A stretch of 44,757 bases of DNA from Deltaproteobacteria bacterium (GTDB lineage Bacteria; SAR324; NAC60-12): NCBI GenBank assembly GCA_018645085.1, contig JABGPG010000238.1:11699-56455 (forward strand), read 5' to 3'. A program made the position numbers and the translations under genes. The notes under the pieces are model-generated. The model was not told the origin of the DNA. It saw only the letters and a list, made by a program, of their open reading frames with translations, and did not search any database. This document shows, piece by piece, positions 35,006-44,757 of this stretch (the first letter of the stretch is position 1; each line of letters opens with the position of its first letter).

Positions 35006-36292
35006 CTATGCGGCAGCCAAAGTTACGTCTGGGGAGGCAGGTTCTTTCTGCTCGGGAAGTTTAATCGTATGATCTTTACTGAACTGATAATCCTGAAAAA
35101 CTTCTTCTGCACTTAAAAGCTGATATTTACCTTTTTCAAGTTTATGAGTCGTATCTTTGAGACGGTAAACATAATGACCACAGGTCCAGATATTAAATTT
35201 TCGGAAATGGGTGCAGAGGCAGGTTTTGTCCGGAATAGAAATTTTATCCGGTTTGTTTTCCAGTTCCTTGTTATAGGCTTCTACGTAGGCACAATGTCCT
35301 TTATTGTCCAGGATATAACCGAAGGCTTCACAATTAGGTCGAATTCCGGAACCTATCCCTGGAGACTGTCGTAACATCCGCATTGGATATCCGGTTGGTG
35401 AGATAGTATTGACAACAAGATCCTCTTCTTCTGCAGCAAAGTAGTGATGCTTTGTACGGTCAGGCAGACCGCATTCTTTAGTCACGGTAAAGCGTGTTGC
35501 TACCTGTACTGCGGAAGCACCGGATTCAAAAAAGTCCACTGCATCAGTTCCGGTAAAAACTCCGCCTGCCGGAATCACAGGAATGTCCAGATCGTTTTCT
35601 TTTAAAAAAACCAACACATCCTGCACAATTGTTTTAAGATCATATTCCTGCCAGTCGTCAATGCCGAAACCTAAATGTCCTCCGGCCAGAGGGCCTTCTA
35701 CAATGATATAATCCGGAAGTCTTTTATACTTGGCAGCACGTTTAAGAAAAGGCCGTAATGCGCGTGCCGAAGAAACGATGATCCCAAGCAAAACATCATT
35801 GAATCTGGAATGATCCTTCATCAATTCCATCGAACCTAAATGCAGCCCGGCGCTTAAAGTTATACCTTCAACTCCGGCATCCATCGCAGCATGTAGACGT
35901 GTTTGCAGAGTGTCACGCGGATTGTTCATGGTTAGTTTTTCCATGCAGTTTACAAATACCGCACCGTCACCTTTTTTAGCATCCATGGTACGTCCAACAT
36001 GGAGTCGCTGAGCTTCAGCCAGTCTTTCCAGGTCAAACTGCACCACGGTTTTATCTGCGCTGTTGACGTTATATTTGTATTTGCGTTGTTTCTCCTGCAC
36101 ATAATGTGTCTTAAATCGCCGGTCGGAAACTGTGGGCACCATTGCGTCAGAAATGTGTCCGATACCACCTAAACGCGCTACTTCCAGAGCAAGTTCTGCT
36201 GTAGAAATATCTACTCCCATTCCGCCTACGAGAATAGGAACAAACTCCTTCCCACCGAGTTTAAAGCGAAAATCGTTTAACGCTTTGCTCAT
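35006..36292 (-). CDS. Nitronate monooxygenase/FabK/FabX-family flavoprotein
   Basis: GGMGV, VEGPLAGGHLG, AGGV and VQVATRF motifs. Cys-rich C-terminus. Confidence 0.75.
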   Translation of the reverse strand: MSKALNDFRFKLGGKEFVPILVGGMGVDISTAELALEVARLGGIGHISDAMVPTVSDRRFKTHYVQEKQRKYKYNVNSADKTVVQFDLERLAEAQRLHVGRTMDAKKGDGAVFVNCMEKLTMNNPRDTLQTRLHAAMDAGVEGITLSAGLHLGSMELMKDHSRFNDVLLGIIVSSARALRPFLKRAAKYKRLPDYIIVEGPLAGGHLGFGIDDWQEYDLKTIVQDVLVFLKENDLDIPVIPAGGVFTGTDAVDFFESGASAVQVATRFTVTKECGLPDRTKHHYFAAEEEDLVVNTISPTGYPMRMLRQSPGIGSGIRPNCEAFGYILDNKGHCAYVEAYNKELENKPDKISIPDKTCLCTHFRKFNIWTCGHYVYRLKDTTHKLEKGKYQLLSAEEVFQDYQFSKDHTIKLPEQKEPASPDVTLAAA

Positions 36293-36350
36293 ATCTTGTT
36301 CCCTCTAATTAGGATTTAACTATCAAATAAATTATTCATTAAGGATATAT

Positions 36351-37133
36351 TTAGTTTGCCATAATTGAATATCCGCAGTCGACATAGATCACTTGCCCGG
36401 TAATTCCTGAGGAAGCTTCGCTGGCTAAAAATACAGCAGTTTGGGCTACCTCAGCCTGAGTAGCGGTACGTTTCATTGCTGAGTGATCACCGGCAACTCT
36501 CATCAACTCAGCAAAATCCTTAATGCCTGCTGAAGATAAAGTTCTAATTGCACCCGGAGAAATTACATTAACCCGGATATTGTCCGGACCAACTTCTTTC
36601 GCCAGATAGCGAGAAGAAGCTTCCAGAGAGGCTTTTGCCGGACCCATCACATGATAATGCGGAACTGCCAGCAAGGAGCCAATGAAACTCATGCTGAGGA
36701 TACTACCGCCTCCGCGTTTTTTCATCATGGGGATAACACCTTCTGCCAGTGGTAACAGGGAAAATGCGCTGATTTCATGCGCTTTTGCATAACCGCCGCG
36801 GCTGGTGCTGGAGAAATCTACTTGTAAGTCTTTCTGGTCTGCAAAAGCTAAACTGTGAATTAAAAAATCCAGCTCTCCCCAATGATCATTTAATGCTCCG
36901 ATTAAAGACTGAATCGAATCATCACTTGAAACATCACATTCCTGTATCAGCGTAGCATTTACTTTGTCACCAAGCTTTCGGACATTTGCCTCAAAACGTC
37001 CCTTAGGATCAGTAAGATAAGTCAGCGCGAGTTCTGCACCTTGTTCATGAAAATGTTCTGCAACTGCCCAGGCAATGCTACGTTGATTGCCGACTCCAAG
37101 AATAACACCTTTTTTTCCAGATAAACTACCCAT
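36351..37133 (-). CDS. fabI: Enoyl-ACP reductase FabI
   Basis: GVGNQRSIAW, HSLAFA, YHVMGPAKASLE, ISPGAIRTL. Confidence 0.9.
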   Translation of the reverse strand: MGSLSGKKGVILGVGNQRSIAWAVAEHFHEQGAELALTYLTDPKGRFEANVRKLGDKVNATLIQECDVSSDDSIQSLIGALNDHWGELDFLIHSLAFADQKDLQVDFSSTSRGGYAKAHEISAFSLLPLAEGVIPMMKKRGGGSILSMSFIGSLLAVPHYHVMGPAKASLEASSRYLAKEVGPDNIRVNVISPGAIRTLSSAGIKDFAELMRVAGDHSAMKRTATQAEVAQTAVFLASEASSGITGQVIYVDCGYSIMAN

Positions 37134-37208
37134 TTTTCTTTTCCTTGTTTTAATAATTATTTGCTATAGATTTAAAAACCCAAAATGTTTTTGACCAAAG
37201 CTTAGTTC

Positions 37209-38081
37209 TCACTCTTTTGAGTTCGGTCTAAATCGCCCAATAGCGTTGCCGAGCCGAATTGTTTGTCCTAATTCCAACTCATTCAGTTCAACTTGTCCTG
37301 GCGGGAACAGGCAAATTACAGTGGATCCCAGTTCAAACATCGCAACTTCTTCACCGCGTTCCAACTCATAAGGAGTTTTCAAGACAAGTTGTTTAGCCAG
37401 CGCACCCTGACGGTTTGAAATTTGATCATCGTAGCTGACTCGAATGCGTCCTACAACAGTTGCGCCAACTTTTATGAGCGCACATTCACCTTTTTCCGTT
37501 TGTATATAAGTGGTCAAACGTTCATTCCGGGCAAATAGATTCGGCACATGATGCACACCCAATGGACTGACAGTCCATAAATCTCCCGGAATATATGAGA
37601 ACTCACGAACCTCCCCTGCTACCATGCTGTGAATACGGTGGTAGTTCTGTGGAGCCAAATAAATGGTAATGAATTCTCCGCCTTCATATAAACTGTCACG
37701 TTTCGAATCAAGCAGTAAATCAGCTAATCGATAATCCAGCCCTTTTGCCTGAATCAGACGTCCATCATTGATGCGGCCGTATTCACCGATAAATCCATCT
37801 ACGGGGCTTAATATAACATCCGGATCTGGATCCAGCGGACGCGCATCTGGAAGTAACTTCCTGGTGAAAAATTCGTTGAATGTCCTGAACTCTGAAACCT
37901 GCTGAGTTGCTTCTGTCAACTCAACATTATAGATCCGTGAAAATATTCTTATCAACGGAGTAAGCAAAAAACGCGGCATTCGAATGTCAGCCACAAACCC
38001 GCAAAGTCTGCTGAAAAGATTGCGGGGCAAAATCCACATAAAATAATATGCCGGTGGACGTCCAAATCCCGGAATTGACAT
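37209..38081 (-). CDS. psd: Phosphatidylserine decarboxylase proenzyme
   Basis: FNEFFTR, SPVDG, YLAPQNYHRIH and the LGST cleavage motif. ATG at 38081 overlaps the ftsH stop. Confidence 0.93.
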   Translation of the reverse strand: MSIPGFGRPPAYYFMWILPRNLFSRLCGFVADIRMPRFLLTPLIRIFSRIYNVELTEATQQVSEFRTFNEFFTRKLLPDARPLDPDPDVILSPVDGFIGEYGRINDGRLIQAKGLDYRLADLLLDSKRDSLYEGGEFITIYLAPQNYHRIHSMVAGEVREFSYIPGDLWTVSPLGVHHVPNLFARNERLTTYIQTEKGECALIKVGATVVGRIRVSYDDQISNRQGALAKQLVLKTPYELERGEEVAMFELGSTVICLFPPGQVELNELELGQTIRLGNAIGRFRPNSKE

Positions 38082-39919
38082 CAACCCCCGACTGGCTCAA
38101 CTTTTGATTTGCTCTGTCCCAGTAAGTCCATAATATATGAACCATCGACGGTTTCTTCTTTCATCAAAACATCAACGATTTTGTGTAAAACATCGATATT
38201 ATCACGAAGTAGTTTTTTAGCTTTCGAATCATGATATTTAATTGTTTTACGCATTTCCTTATCAATTTCTGCAGCAGTATTTTCACTAAATTCACGGCCT
38301 TTACCGATGTTACGACCCAAAACGTTCTGCTGACTATCACTGCCTAAAACGATTGGTCCAAACGATTTGCTCATACCCCAGTTGCAAATCATGTTTCTGA
38401 TCGTGTCGGTGGCCTGCTGAATGTCGTTGCTTGCTCCGGTTGTGACCTCATCAAAAATTATTTCCTCCGCCGCACGTCCCCCCATGGCGATAGTGATACG
38501 GTTACTCAGGAAATCAATATCGTAAGAATGATTATCATGTTTTGGCAAAAATGCTGTTAGACCAAGAGCTCGCCCGCGCGGAACGATTGTAACTTTGTGA
38601 ATTGGATCGGTTTTAGGCAGAAGCGCGGAAACCAGTGCATGACCTGCTTCGTGGTATGCAGTATTACGTTTTTCTTTTTCCGACATGACCATCGAGCGGC
38701 GTTCTGTGCCCATCATCACTTTATCACGCGCCCATTCAAAATCTGCTAATTTAAGTTCGGTTTTGTTGTTGCGTGCACCACCTAGAGCAGCTTCATTGAT
38801 CAGGTTTTTCAAATCTGCACCAGAAAATCCTGGAGTTCCGCGTGCAATAATGTTCATGTCAACGCCATCAGCCATCTGAACTTTTTTGGCATGGATTTGT
38901 AAAATTTCCTCTCGCCCTTTTACATCAGGCAGAGGGATACTCACCTGCCGGTCAAAACGACCGGGACGCAGAAGTGCAGGATCAAGAACATCTGGACGGT
39001 TAGTCGCCGCGATCACGATGATTCCTTCCATTCCATCAAAGCCGTCCATTTCCACCAAAAGCTGGTTGAGAGTCTGTTCGCGTTCGTCATTTCCACCGCC
39101 CATTCCTGTACCACGGCTTCCTCCGACGGCATCTATTTCATCAATGAAGATGATGCACGGTGCGTTTTGCCGACCTTGTTCAAACATATCTCTAACTCTG
39201 CTGGCACCAACACCGACAAACATTTCGACAAAATCAGAACCGCTCATACTGAAAAAGGGAACCTCCGCTTCTCCGGCAACGGCCTTTGCGAGCAAAGTTT
39301 TTCCAGTACCGGGTGATCCGGACATTAGCATGCCTTTTGGAATTCGGCCACCAAGTTTACGGAATTTTGCCGGATCCTTCAAAAAATCAACTGTTTCTTT
39401 CAAATCGTCTTTTGCTTCTTCAACACCAGCGACATCAGCAAAGGTCACTTTCATTTCACTCGGATCCATCTTTTTGGCACGGCTACGTCCGATGGAAAAT
39501 AAACCTCCTCCTCCGGCACCTCCTCCCTGCATTCTACGCATCAGCACCATCCATATTCCAAAAATCAAGATGAACGGTCCCCAATTTATCAAAATGCTTA
39601 AATACCACGGAAGACTTTTTTCAGGTACATAATTGATCGGAATTTGATACAGTCGAAGGTAGTCAATTACACTGGGGTCTTCTGCGGGGATATAGGTGCG
39701 GTAGCCCAGTCCGTCCTGAGTGAAACCCTCGATTAAGGAATCTCCGACTATCTGAGCATTGACAACTTCACCTGATGCAACGAGTGCCTTGAAGTCACTG
39801 TAAATCAGTTCCTGTGTGCGTTGAGTGCCGGTTGACATATTTCCACCGTCGAACATTTTTGCTAAAAAAAATGCCAGCACCAGCATACTGAGGATAATAA
39901 GAATGTTTTCTCTTTTCAT
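38081..39919 (-). CDS. ftsH: ATP-dependent zinc metalloprotease FtsH
   Basis: Two TM helices, [26 protein letters not shown]. Confidence 0.97.
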   Translation of the reverse strand: MKRENILIILSMLVLAFFLAKMFDGGNMSTGTQRTQELIYSDFKALVASGEVVNAQIVGDSLIEGFTQDGLGYRTYIPAEDPSVIDYLRLYQIPINYVPEKSLPWYLSILINWGPFILIFGIWMVLMRRMQGGGAGGGGLFSIGRSRAKKMDPSEMKVTFADVAGVEEAKDDLKETVDFLKDPAKFRKLGGRIPKGMLMSGSPGTGKTLLAKAVAGEAEVPFFSMSGSDFVEMFVGVGASRVRDMFEQGRQNAPCIIFIDEIDAVGGSRGTGMGGGNDEREQTLNQLLVEMDGFDGMEGIIVIAATNRPDVLDPALLRPGRFDRQVSIPLPDVKGREEILQIHAKKVQMADGVDMNIIARGTPGFSGADLKNLINEAALGGARNNKTELKLADFEWARDKVMMGTERRSMVMSEKEKRNTAYHEAGHALVSALLPKTDPIHKVTIVPRGRALGLTAFLPKHDNHSYDIDFLSNRITIAMGGRAAEEIIFDEVTTGASNDIQQATDTIRNMICNWGMSKSFGPIVLGSDSQQNVLGRNIGKGREFSENTAAEIDKEMRKTIKYHDSKAKKLLRDNIDVLHKIVDVLMKEETVDGSYIMDLLGQSKSKVEPVGG

Positions 39920-40103
39920 ATAAAAATAGTCCTAAAAGCAGAGCTTGAAGTCAGCCGTATTCTGTGACAGAGAATTCGGCATGAGCTTAAAAAAATAAAA
40001 AAATTATCTATTAAAAACCATGTTAACTGGTACATGATAGCATACAACTGCTTGCACAGTTAAGTAATTTTTTAACACTTATTTTCAATAGTAACTACAT
40101 TTG

Positions 40104-41519
40104 ATGAAGCAATACAATCTATCTTCGCGTTTTAAAAGATTTTCACATGAATCTTCATTAACCCTAAAACTCGGTCTGCCGGTAATTATTGCGCATTTGT
40201 TACAAACTCTGATGCAGTTTGTGGACACAATAATGGCTGGACATGTTAGTTCTCATGATTTAGCAGGACTGGCAATTGCGACTGCGCTTTACCATCCGGT
40301 GTATTTGTTGATGCTGGGAATATTGATTTCTCTCGGTTCGATTATCGCACAACTTTTTGGCGCTGGAAAGCAGCAGGAGATCGTCACGAATGTGATACAG
40401 GGTCTGTGGCTCAGTCAGGTTTTAGCAGTTATCAGCATCTTGATTTTAGCAAATCTAGAGCCGGTTTTGTACTTGATGGGTTATGAACCGGAAGTGATCA
40501 GAGTTGCCTCAGATTATTTGCAGGCGTTGTGTTGGGGTATGCCACCTGTTTTCGCATTTCTTGTCTTGAGGATGTTTAGTGAGAGTTTGTCTATCACTCG
40601 TCCTACCATGTATATTTCACTGATCGGTCTCGGAGTCAATATTGTTTCAAACTATGCGTTGATGTTTGGGCACTTTGGTTTTCCCGCTCTGGGTGCTGTT
40701 GGCGCAGGTTGGACTACGAGTATGGTTCACTGGGTCATGTTTTGCGCGATGTTGATTTTTTGTCTGAAAGCATCGATGTTTGCCAGCTACCAGAAATTTA
40801 TTGCTTTCAGCAGGCCTTCCTGGTTATATCTGCGTGAAATTTTGAGAATAGGCATCCCCAATGGTTTTGGAATAGCTGCTGAAGTAGGTCTTTTCGCGAC
40901 GGTATCATTGTTGATGGGAACATTTGGGGTGACGGCAATCGCCGGACATCAGGTTGCAATCAGTGTGGCTTCCTTAACTTTCATGTTGCCGATGGGGCTT
41001 TCTATTGCCATTTCAATTCGAGTTGGCCAGGCAAAAGGCAGGGGTGATTATGTAGGTACACGTTATATAGGATATGCCGGCATCATACTTAGTGTTTTAA
41101 TTATGGCAGTAACCGCAACTGTGTTTGTAAACTTTCCGGAAATGATTGTAGCCTTGTATTCAGATGATCCGGATGTCCGTTCACTGGCTGTTCAATTACT
41201 CTATATGGCCGCGGTTTTTCAGTTGTCTGACGGAATGCAGGTAGGTGCTCTAGGAGCATTACGCGGACTTAAAGACACTCGTGTCCCTTTTGTCACAAAC
41301 GTAGTGGCATACTGGGGAGTCGGCTTGCCCACAGCATATTTGGTTGGAGTGTATTTTAACTTTGGTCCTGTGGGAATGTGGGTTGGTCTAATTGTTGGCT
41401 TGAGCATTGCTGCGGTGCTGCATAGTTGGCGTTTCCGGGTTCTGACCAGACGTCTTTTAAGCCAACCGGAAGCTAAAAAATCGCTTGATGATCAGCTTTT
41501 ACAAATGAACCCTGATTAA
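40104..41519 (+). CDS. MATE family efflux transporter (NorM-like)
   Basis: VDTIMAG, FPALGAVGAG and LRGLKDT motifs. About 12 TM segments. Confidence 0.9.
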   Translation: MKQYNLSSRFKRFSHESSLTLKLGLPVIIAHLLQTLMQFVDTIMAGHVSSHDLAGLAIATALYHPVYLLMLGILISLGSIIAQLFGAGKQQEIVTNVIQGLWLSQVLAVISILILANLEPVLYLMGYEPEVIRVASDYLQALCWGMPPVFAFLVLRMFSESLSITRPTMYISLIGLGVNIVSNYALMFGHFGFPALGAVGAGWTTSMVHWVMFCAMLIFCLKASMFASYQKFIAFSRPSWLYLREILRIGIPNGFGIAAEVGLFATVSLLMGTFGVTAIAGHQVAISVASLTFMLPMGLSIAISIRVGQAKGRGDYVGTRYIGYAGIILSVLIMAVTATVFVNFPEMIVALYSDDPDVRSLAVQLLYMAAVFQLSDGMQVGALGALRGLKDTRVPFVTNVVAYWGVGLPTAYLVGVYFNFGPVGMWVGLIVGLSIAAVLHSWRFRVLTRRLLSQPEAKKSLDDQLLQMNPD

Positions 41520-41569
41520 TAAATCCTTTTTTTAAATATCAAAGAACAAAATAGTTCTTCCATATTGTT

Positions 41570-41585
41570 TGGAATCGTAATTGCA
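41570..41585 (+). promoter_or_regulatory. Sigma54 (-24/-12) promoter upstream of fliF
   Basis: TGGAATCGTAATTGCA has GG-N10-GC spacing with TTGCA at -12. Confidence 0.65.
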
Positions 41586-41693
41586 GGTGAGATTGGTGCT
41601 AAATTCCAGCTGATATTTTCGAGGCCTGGTTCGGGCACTTGAAAATCAGGCGATATTTTCTCCATTTTATAAACTCACTTTAATAGGAAAACT

Positions 41694-43307
41694 ATGGCAG
41701 ACCAAGCCAGCGTTCTTTCAGATGTACGATTTCAGTTTCAGGATTTTTTTGGTGCCTTAAGTCTCACGAAGAGGATCACAATTTTGGTGGCCCTTGGAAT
41801 AATTCTCATCGGTATGGTGAGTATGATTTTTGTGGCAAACAGGGCTTCCTGGGCTCCATTGTATTCTAATCTAGAACCTGCGGATGCCGCCGCCATAGTT
41901 GAAAAATTACAGGAAAATCAAATTCCTTATATGCTTGCTCCGGGAGGCAGGTCCATCATGGTTGAACCGCACTTAGTAGACCGGGCCCGTTTAACATTAG
42001 CAAAAGAAAAAGTATTACCGGGCAGCGGAGTTGGTTTTCTTGATCTGTTTTCTACTCCAAGTCTGGGTGAAACAGAATTTCAGCAGGGAGTTAAATTCCG
42101 TGTTGCGCAGGAAGGTGAACTGGCAAGGCTGATTTCCACTATTAATGTTGTTAAGTCAGCAAAAGTTTCATTAGCAATTCCACAAAAAACACTATTTTCA
42201 GACAATCAGGAGGAACCAAAGGCGGCAATTGCGCTCAATCTTACCAGCAGCGGAGCCGGCCGTAAACAGATTGAAACTATAGTTCATCTGGTTGCGAGTG
42301 CGGTTGAAGGTCTCTCTCCGCGAAATGTTAAAATCACGGATCAAAGCGGAAACTTGCTGAGTCGAGGATTTTCTGACGATTCTGCAGGCGGTAAAATGAA
42401 TGATAATTATTCATATAAAAGCCGTTTTGAAAAGGAGCTGGAAACAAAAGTTGTCAGACAGATTGAGGAGGTTGTTGGTAAAGACCGCGTGAGGGTCAAT
42501 GCCTCTGCTAACCTGCGTTTTGATCGGAGGACAATCAAGGAAGAACTAGTTGATCCTGATCAAACCAGTGTTGTAAGTGAGCAGGTGGTCGATGAATCTT
42601 CAACTGGAACTCGCTCGATTCCTGTAGGACCAGCCGGAGTTACAACCAATTTACCCGAAGCAACGGGTAGAGAAGCCGCCACAGTTTCAGAGTTCAGCAA
42701 GAAAAACTCTACTCGTAACTTTGAAAGCAGCCGCAGGGAAATAATTCTCGAGTCTGCAGTTGGAGAAGTGGTCAGCCTCAGCATATCTGTACTTCTTGAT
42801 AACAGACGCTCACAAATTATTGATGATAGCGGAAACTCTTTAGGACGTACAAATACTCCCTGGACAGAAGGTGAAAAAGAAACTATCGTTGGTTTGGTAA
42901 AAGCCGCAATGGGCTATAATGAAGCCCGCGGGGACAGAGTATTTGTGGGTAATATGCCTTTTGAAGCAGCACTTGAAGAAGATAAAACTGCGGAAATTGA
43001 AAGTACACGAGTCCGCAACAAATTCGTTTTGGATGTTGTACGTTATGTCGCACTTGCACTTGCAATTCTGGCACTCATTATGTTGGTCATCCGACCGATG
43101 GTTCAGCGGCTGAGTTCAAAACCTGCTGACCTTGATCTTCTCATGGGTATGCCCGCAACAATTGGCGAACTGGAAGGAGAGGAACTGGAAATTCCGACCG
43201 AGCGTGAGTCCGGAATTCCACCTAGAGAAAAGATTCTCGAAATTGCCAAGCAGGATCCTCTCAAAACATCCGCGCTGATACACACCTGGCTGCGAGATCG
43301 TTCATAA
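41694..43307 (+). CDS. fliF: Flagellar MS-ring protein FliF
   Basis: TM helix, LYSNL...DAA.IV, EGELAR, ASAVEGL, ITDQSGNLLS, ARGDRV.V, second TM, A..DP...A.LI..WL C-terminus. Confidence 0.93.
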   Translation: MADQASVLSDVRFQFQDFFGALSLTKRITILVALGIILIGMVSMIFVANRASWAPLYSNLEPADAAAIVEKLQENQIPYMLAPGGRSIMVEPHLVDRARLTLAKEKVLPGSGVGFLDLFSTPSLGETEFQQGVKFRVAQEGELARLISTINVVKSAKVSLAIPQKTLFSDNQEEPKAAIALNLTSSGAGRKQIETIVHLVASAVEGLSPRNVKITDQSGNLLSRGFSDDSAGGKMNDNYSYKSRFEKELETKVVRQIEEVVGKDRVRVNASANLRFDRRTIKEELVDPDQTSVVSEQVVDESSTGTRSIPVGPAGVTTNLPEATGREAATVSEFSKKNSTRNFESSRREIILESAVGEVVSLSISVLLDNRRSQIIDDSGNSLGRTNTPWTEGEKETIVGLVKAAMGYNEARGDRVFVGNMPFEAALEEDKTAEIESTRVRNKFVLDVVRYVALALAILALIMLVIRPMVQRLSSKPADLDLLMGMPATIGELEGEELEIPTERESGIPPREKILEIAKQDPLKTSALIHTWLRDRS

Positions 43308-43420
43308 TGCTGATTCAGGATTCAGGCTGCAAGCAACAATTCAACCTGCAATTTTCCATTTTGTGTCAAATCCTGAATTCCGGCTCCTTAACCTAATAAT
43401 CATCAATCAATTTTAAATGC

Positions 43421-44757
43421 ATGTTGGATGAGAGTGAGTTTAAACCGTTTTCACTGACCGATTTCACGGTTGTTGAAGCAGAGTCTGCGGAAACTGCTGA
43501 TTCATCAGCTGGAAAAGAAAGTCCTGCAGAAGGTTTAAATAGCGCAGAGCAGGAAATCGAAGACAGACTTGCCTCTTTCAAACCCCTTACTTTTGATGTT
43601 GAAGGAGATTCTGCAGAGTTTGTCGCAAAAGTTGCTGCAGATGCTGAAAGCGGAAGAACGGATGCAGAAATAATCCAACTCTCAAAAGGTTTCAAAAATG
43701 CAGAGTTTTTTCAGGAAAATAGTCTGCTGACAAATGCAGAGGATTTTGCGGAATCGATCAGATCAGGTGCAAAACTTTACAAAACTCAACTGCTTACAAA
43801 AATTGAAGAACAGGCAAGTGATACTGAACGTATCTACCAGCAAACTATTGCAGAAAATCAAGAGGCAGAAAAGGAGAGGAAAAATCTGCTTTCTTCCACT
43901 GAAGAAAAAGTAGAAGAAATAAAAAACAAAGCTTATCAGCAGGGTTTTGAGAGCGGACTTCAGCAGGGAATGCAGCAGCGTTACGATGAAGCAGAACCGC
44001 TGGTATCGCAGATAAGTTCCGTATTGGCGCAGTTGAATTCGTTAAGGCAGGTTGTCCGTTTTCAGGCGGAAGAAGAGTTGGTGAAGTTAGCTCTGCAAAT
44101 TGCTAAAAATGTTGTTGCTAAAGAAATAAAACAGAACAACTCTGTGATCAAGAACATAGTTCAGGCTGCGCTGCACGAAACTGAAGTGCAGGGAAAGATA
44201 TATTTGTTTTTGCATCCGGATGACTACCAATTTCTGCTCGATAGTAAAAGTGATCTGGAACGATATTTAAGTGATGAACAAACCCTCCTGCTGCGGCAGA
44301 ATCCTGAAATGGAACCTGGTTCTATTTATGTTGAGTCTGATGAAGAAATAATCAGCAGATCCATTGAAGGGCAGTTCGATAAGCTGGAAGAATCGCTGAC
44401 AGAACAGCTTGAAAATAGACATGCACATTTATCCGAAGTAGATATAGATGCGCACGATTTTAGCCTAGAGACTGTTTCAGACTTGAAAGAAGTTGAATCG
44501 GAGTCTCTTGATTTAAGTCAAACTGAGACCACACAACAGATAGCGCCAGCAAGCTCAGCAGAAACAAGCGTTGAAACAGAGGAGCCTGAAAAGCAGCCAG
44601 ATAATGTGGAGCCACTTCCGGAAACTGCATCGGCGGAATCCGAAAATCTGCAGCCTGAATCACTAGACTCTGAAGCCGCAAGTGCTGAAACAGCAAACGT
44701 CGAATTAGCGGAACCGGAACAGGGTACAGAAGCTGTTGAAACAGTAACTACTGAAAC
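43421..44757 (+). CDS. fliH: Flagellar export protein FliH with acidic extensions (3' end runs off the window; not in the ORF track)
   Basis: Open frame from ATG 43421 (MLDESEFKPF...). Contains AYQQGFESGLQQG GxxxG repeats, LHPDD and EPGSIYVES, then a Glu/Ala/Thr-rich tail. Confidence 0.8.
   Translation, partial: MLDESEFKPFSLTDFTVVEAESAETADSSAGKESPAEGLNSAEQEIEDRLASFKPLTFDVEGDSAEFVAKVAADAESGRTDAEIIQLSKGFKNAEFFQENSLLTNAEDFAESIRSGAKLYKTQLLTKIEEQASDTERIYQQTIAENQEAEKERKNLLSSTEEKVEEIKNKAYQQGFESGLQQGMQQRYDEAEPLVSQISSVLAQLNSLRQVVRFQAEEELVKLALQIAKNVVAKEIKQNNSVIKNIVQAALHETEVQGKIYLFLHPDDYQFLLDSKSDLERYLSDEQTLLLRQNPEMEPGSIYVESDEEIISRSIEGQFDKLEESLTEQLENRHAHLSEVDIDAHDFSLETVSDLKEVESESLDLSQTETTQQIAPASSAETSVETEEPEKQPDNVEPLPETASAESENLQPESLDSEAASAETANVELAEPEQGTEAVETVTTE

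Noticed and set aside
38886-39632. 248-aa plus-strand ORF
   Set aside because: It is an antisense shadow of the FtsH AAA domain.
43393-44696. Minus-strand ORFs of 100 and 78 aa
   Set aside because: They are antisense to the open fliH frame, which the ORF track missed because it has no stop in the window.
1-44757. CRISPR array, rRNA, prophage or tRNA-anchored island
   Set aside because: No regularly spaced repeats, rRNA-like sequence, phage genes, integrase or duplicated tRNA 3' ends were seen.

Overview
Bacterial chromosomal window of roughly 42-45% GC by eye. Gene content and protein style suggest a deltaproteobacterium-like, possibly SAR324-like marine organism (inference only). (1) 1-16.4 kb is one coherent amine-catabolism locus. 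It has a divergent TetR with a palindromic operator, a gamma-glutamyl-amine ligase (GS-like, lacking the Glu327 flap), an N-methylglutamate-synthase-like trio (MgsABC/GlxBCD-like) and a LIV-type ABC transporter. These are followed by a three-subunit HcnABC/OoxAB-like flavin amine dehydrogenase whose FAD subunit is fused to a 4x[4Fe-4S] ferredoxin, then a tungsten-type aldehyde:ferredoxin oxidoreductase and a MoaD-like protein. This is the best candidate for an undescribed system. (2) 16.6-23.3 kb holds efp-epmA, a CIRCE-controlled small SutA-like protein, TerB-like and HNH genes, a membrane protein with a basic tail, and metA behind a SAM riboswitch. (3) 23.3-40 kb is housekeeping on the minus strand: an oversized glnD-like gene, ruvB, a double CDP-alcohol phosphotransferase, pyrB, rplLJAK-nusG-secE-tRNA-rpmG-tRNAs (no tuf, tRNA-Gly or rpoBC), an NMO/FabX-like gene, fabI, psd and ftsH. 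(4) 40-44.8 kb holds a MATE transporter, sigma54-driven fliF and a partial fliH, with no fliG between them. The hexamer TCCGGA looks strongly over-represented throughout. No CRISPR array, rRNA, integrase or transposase was seen.
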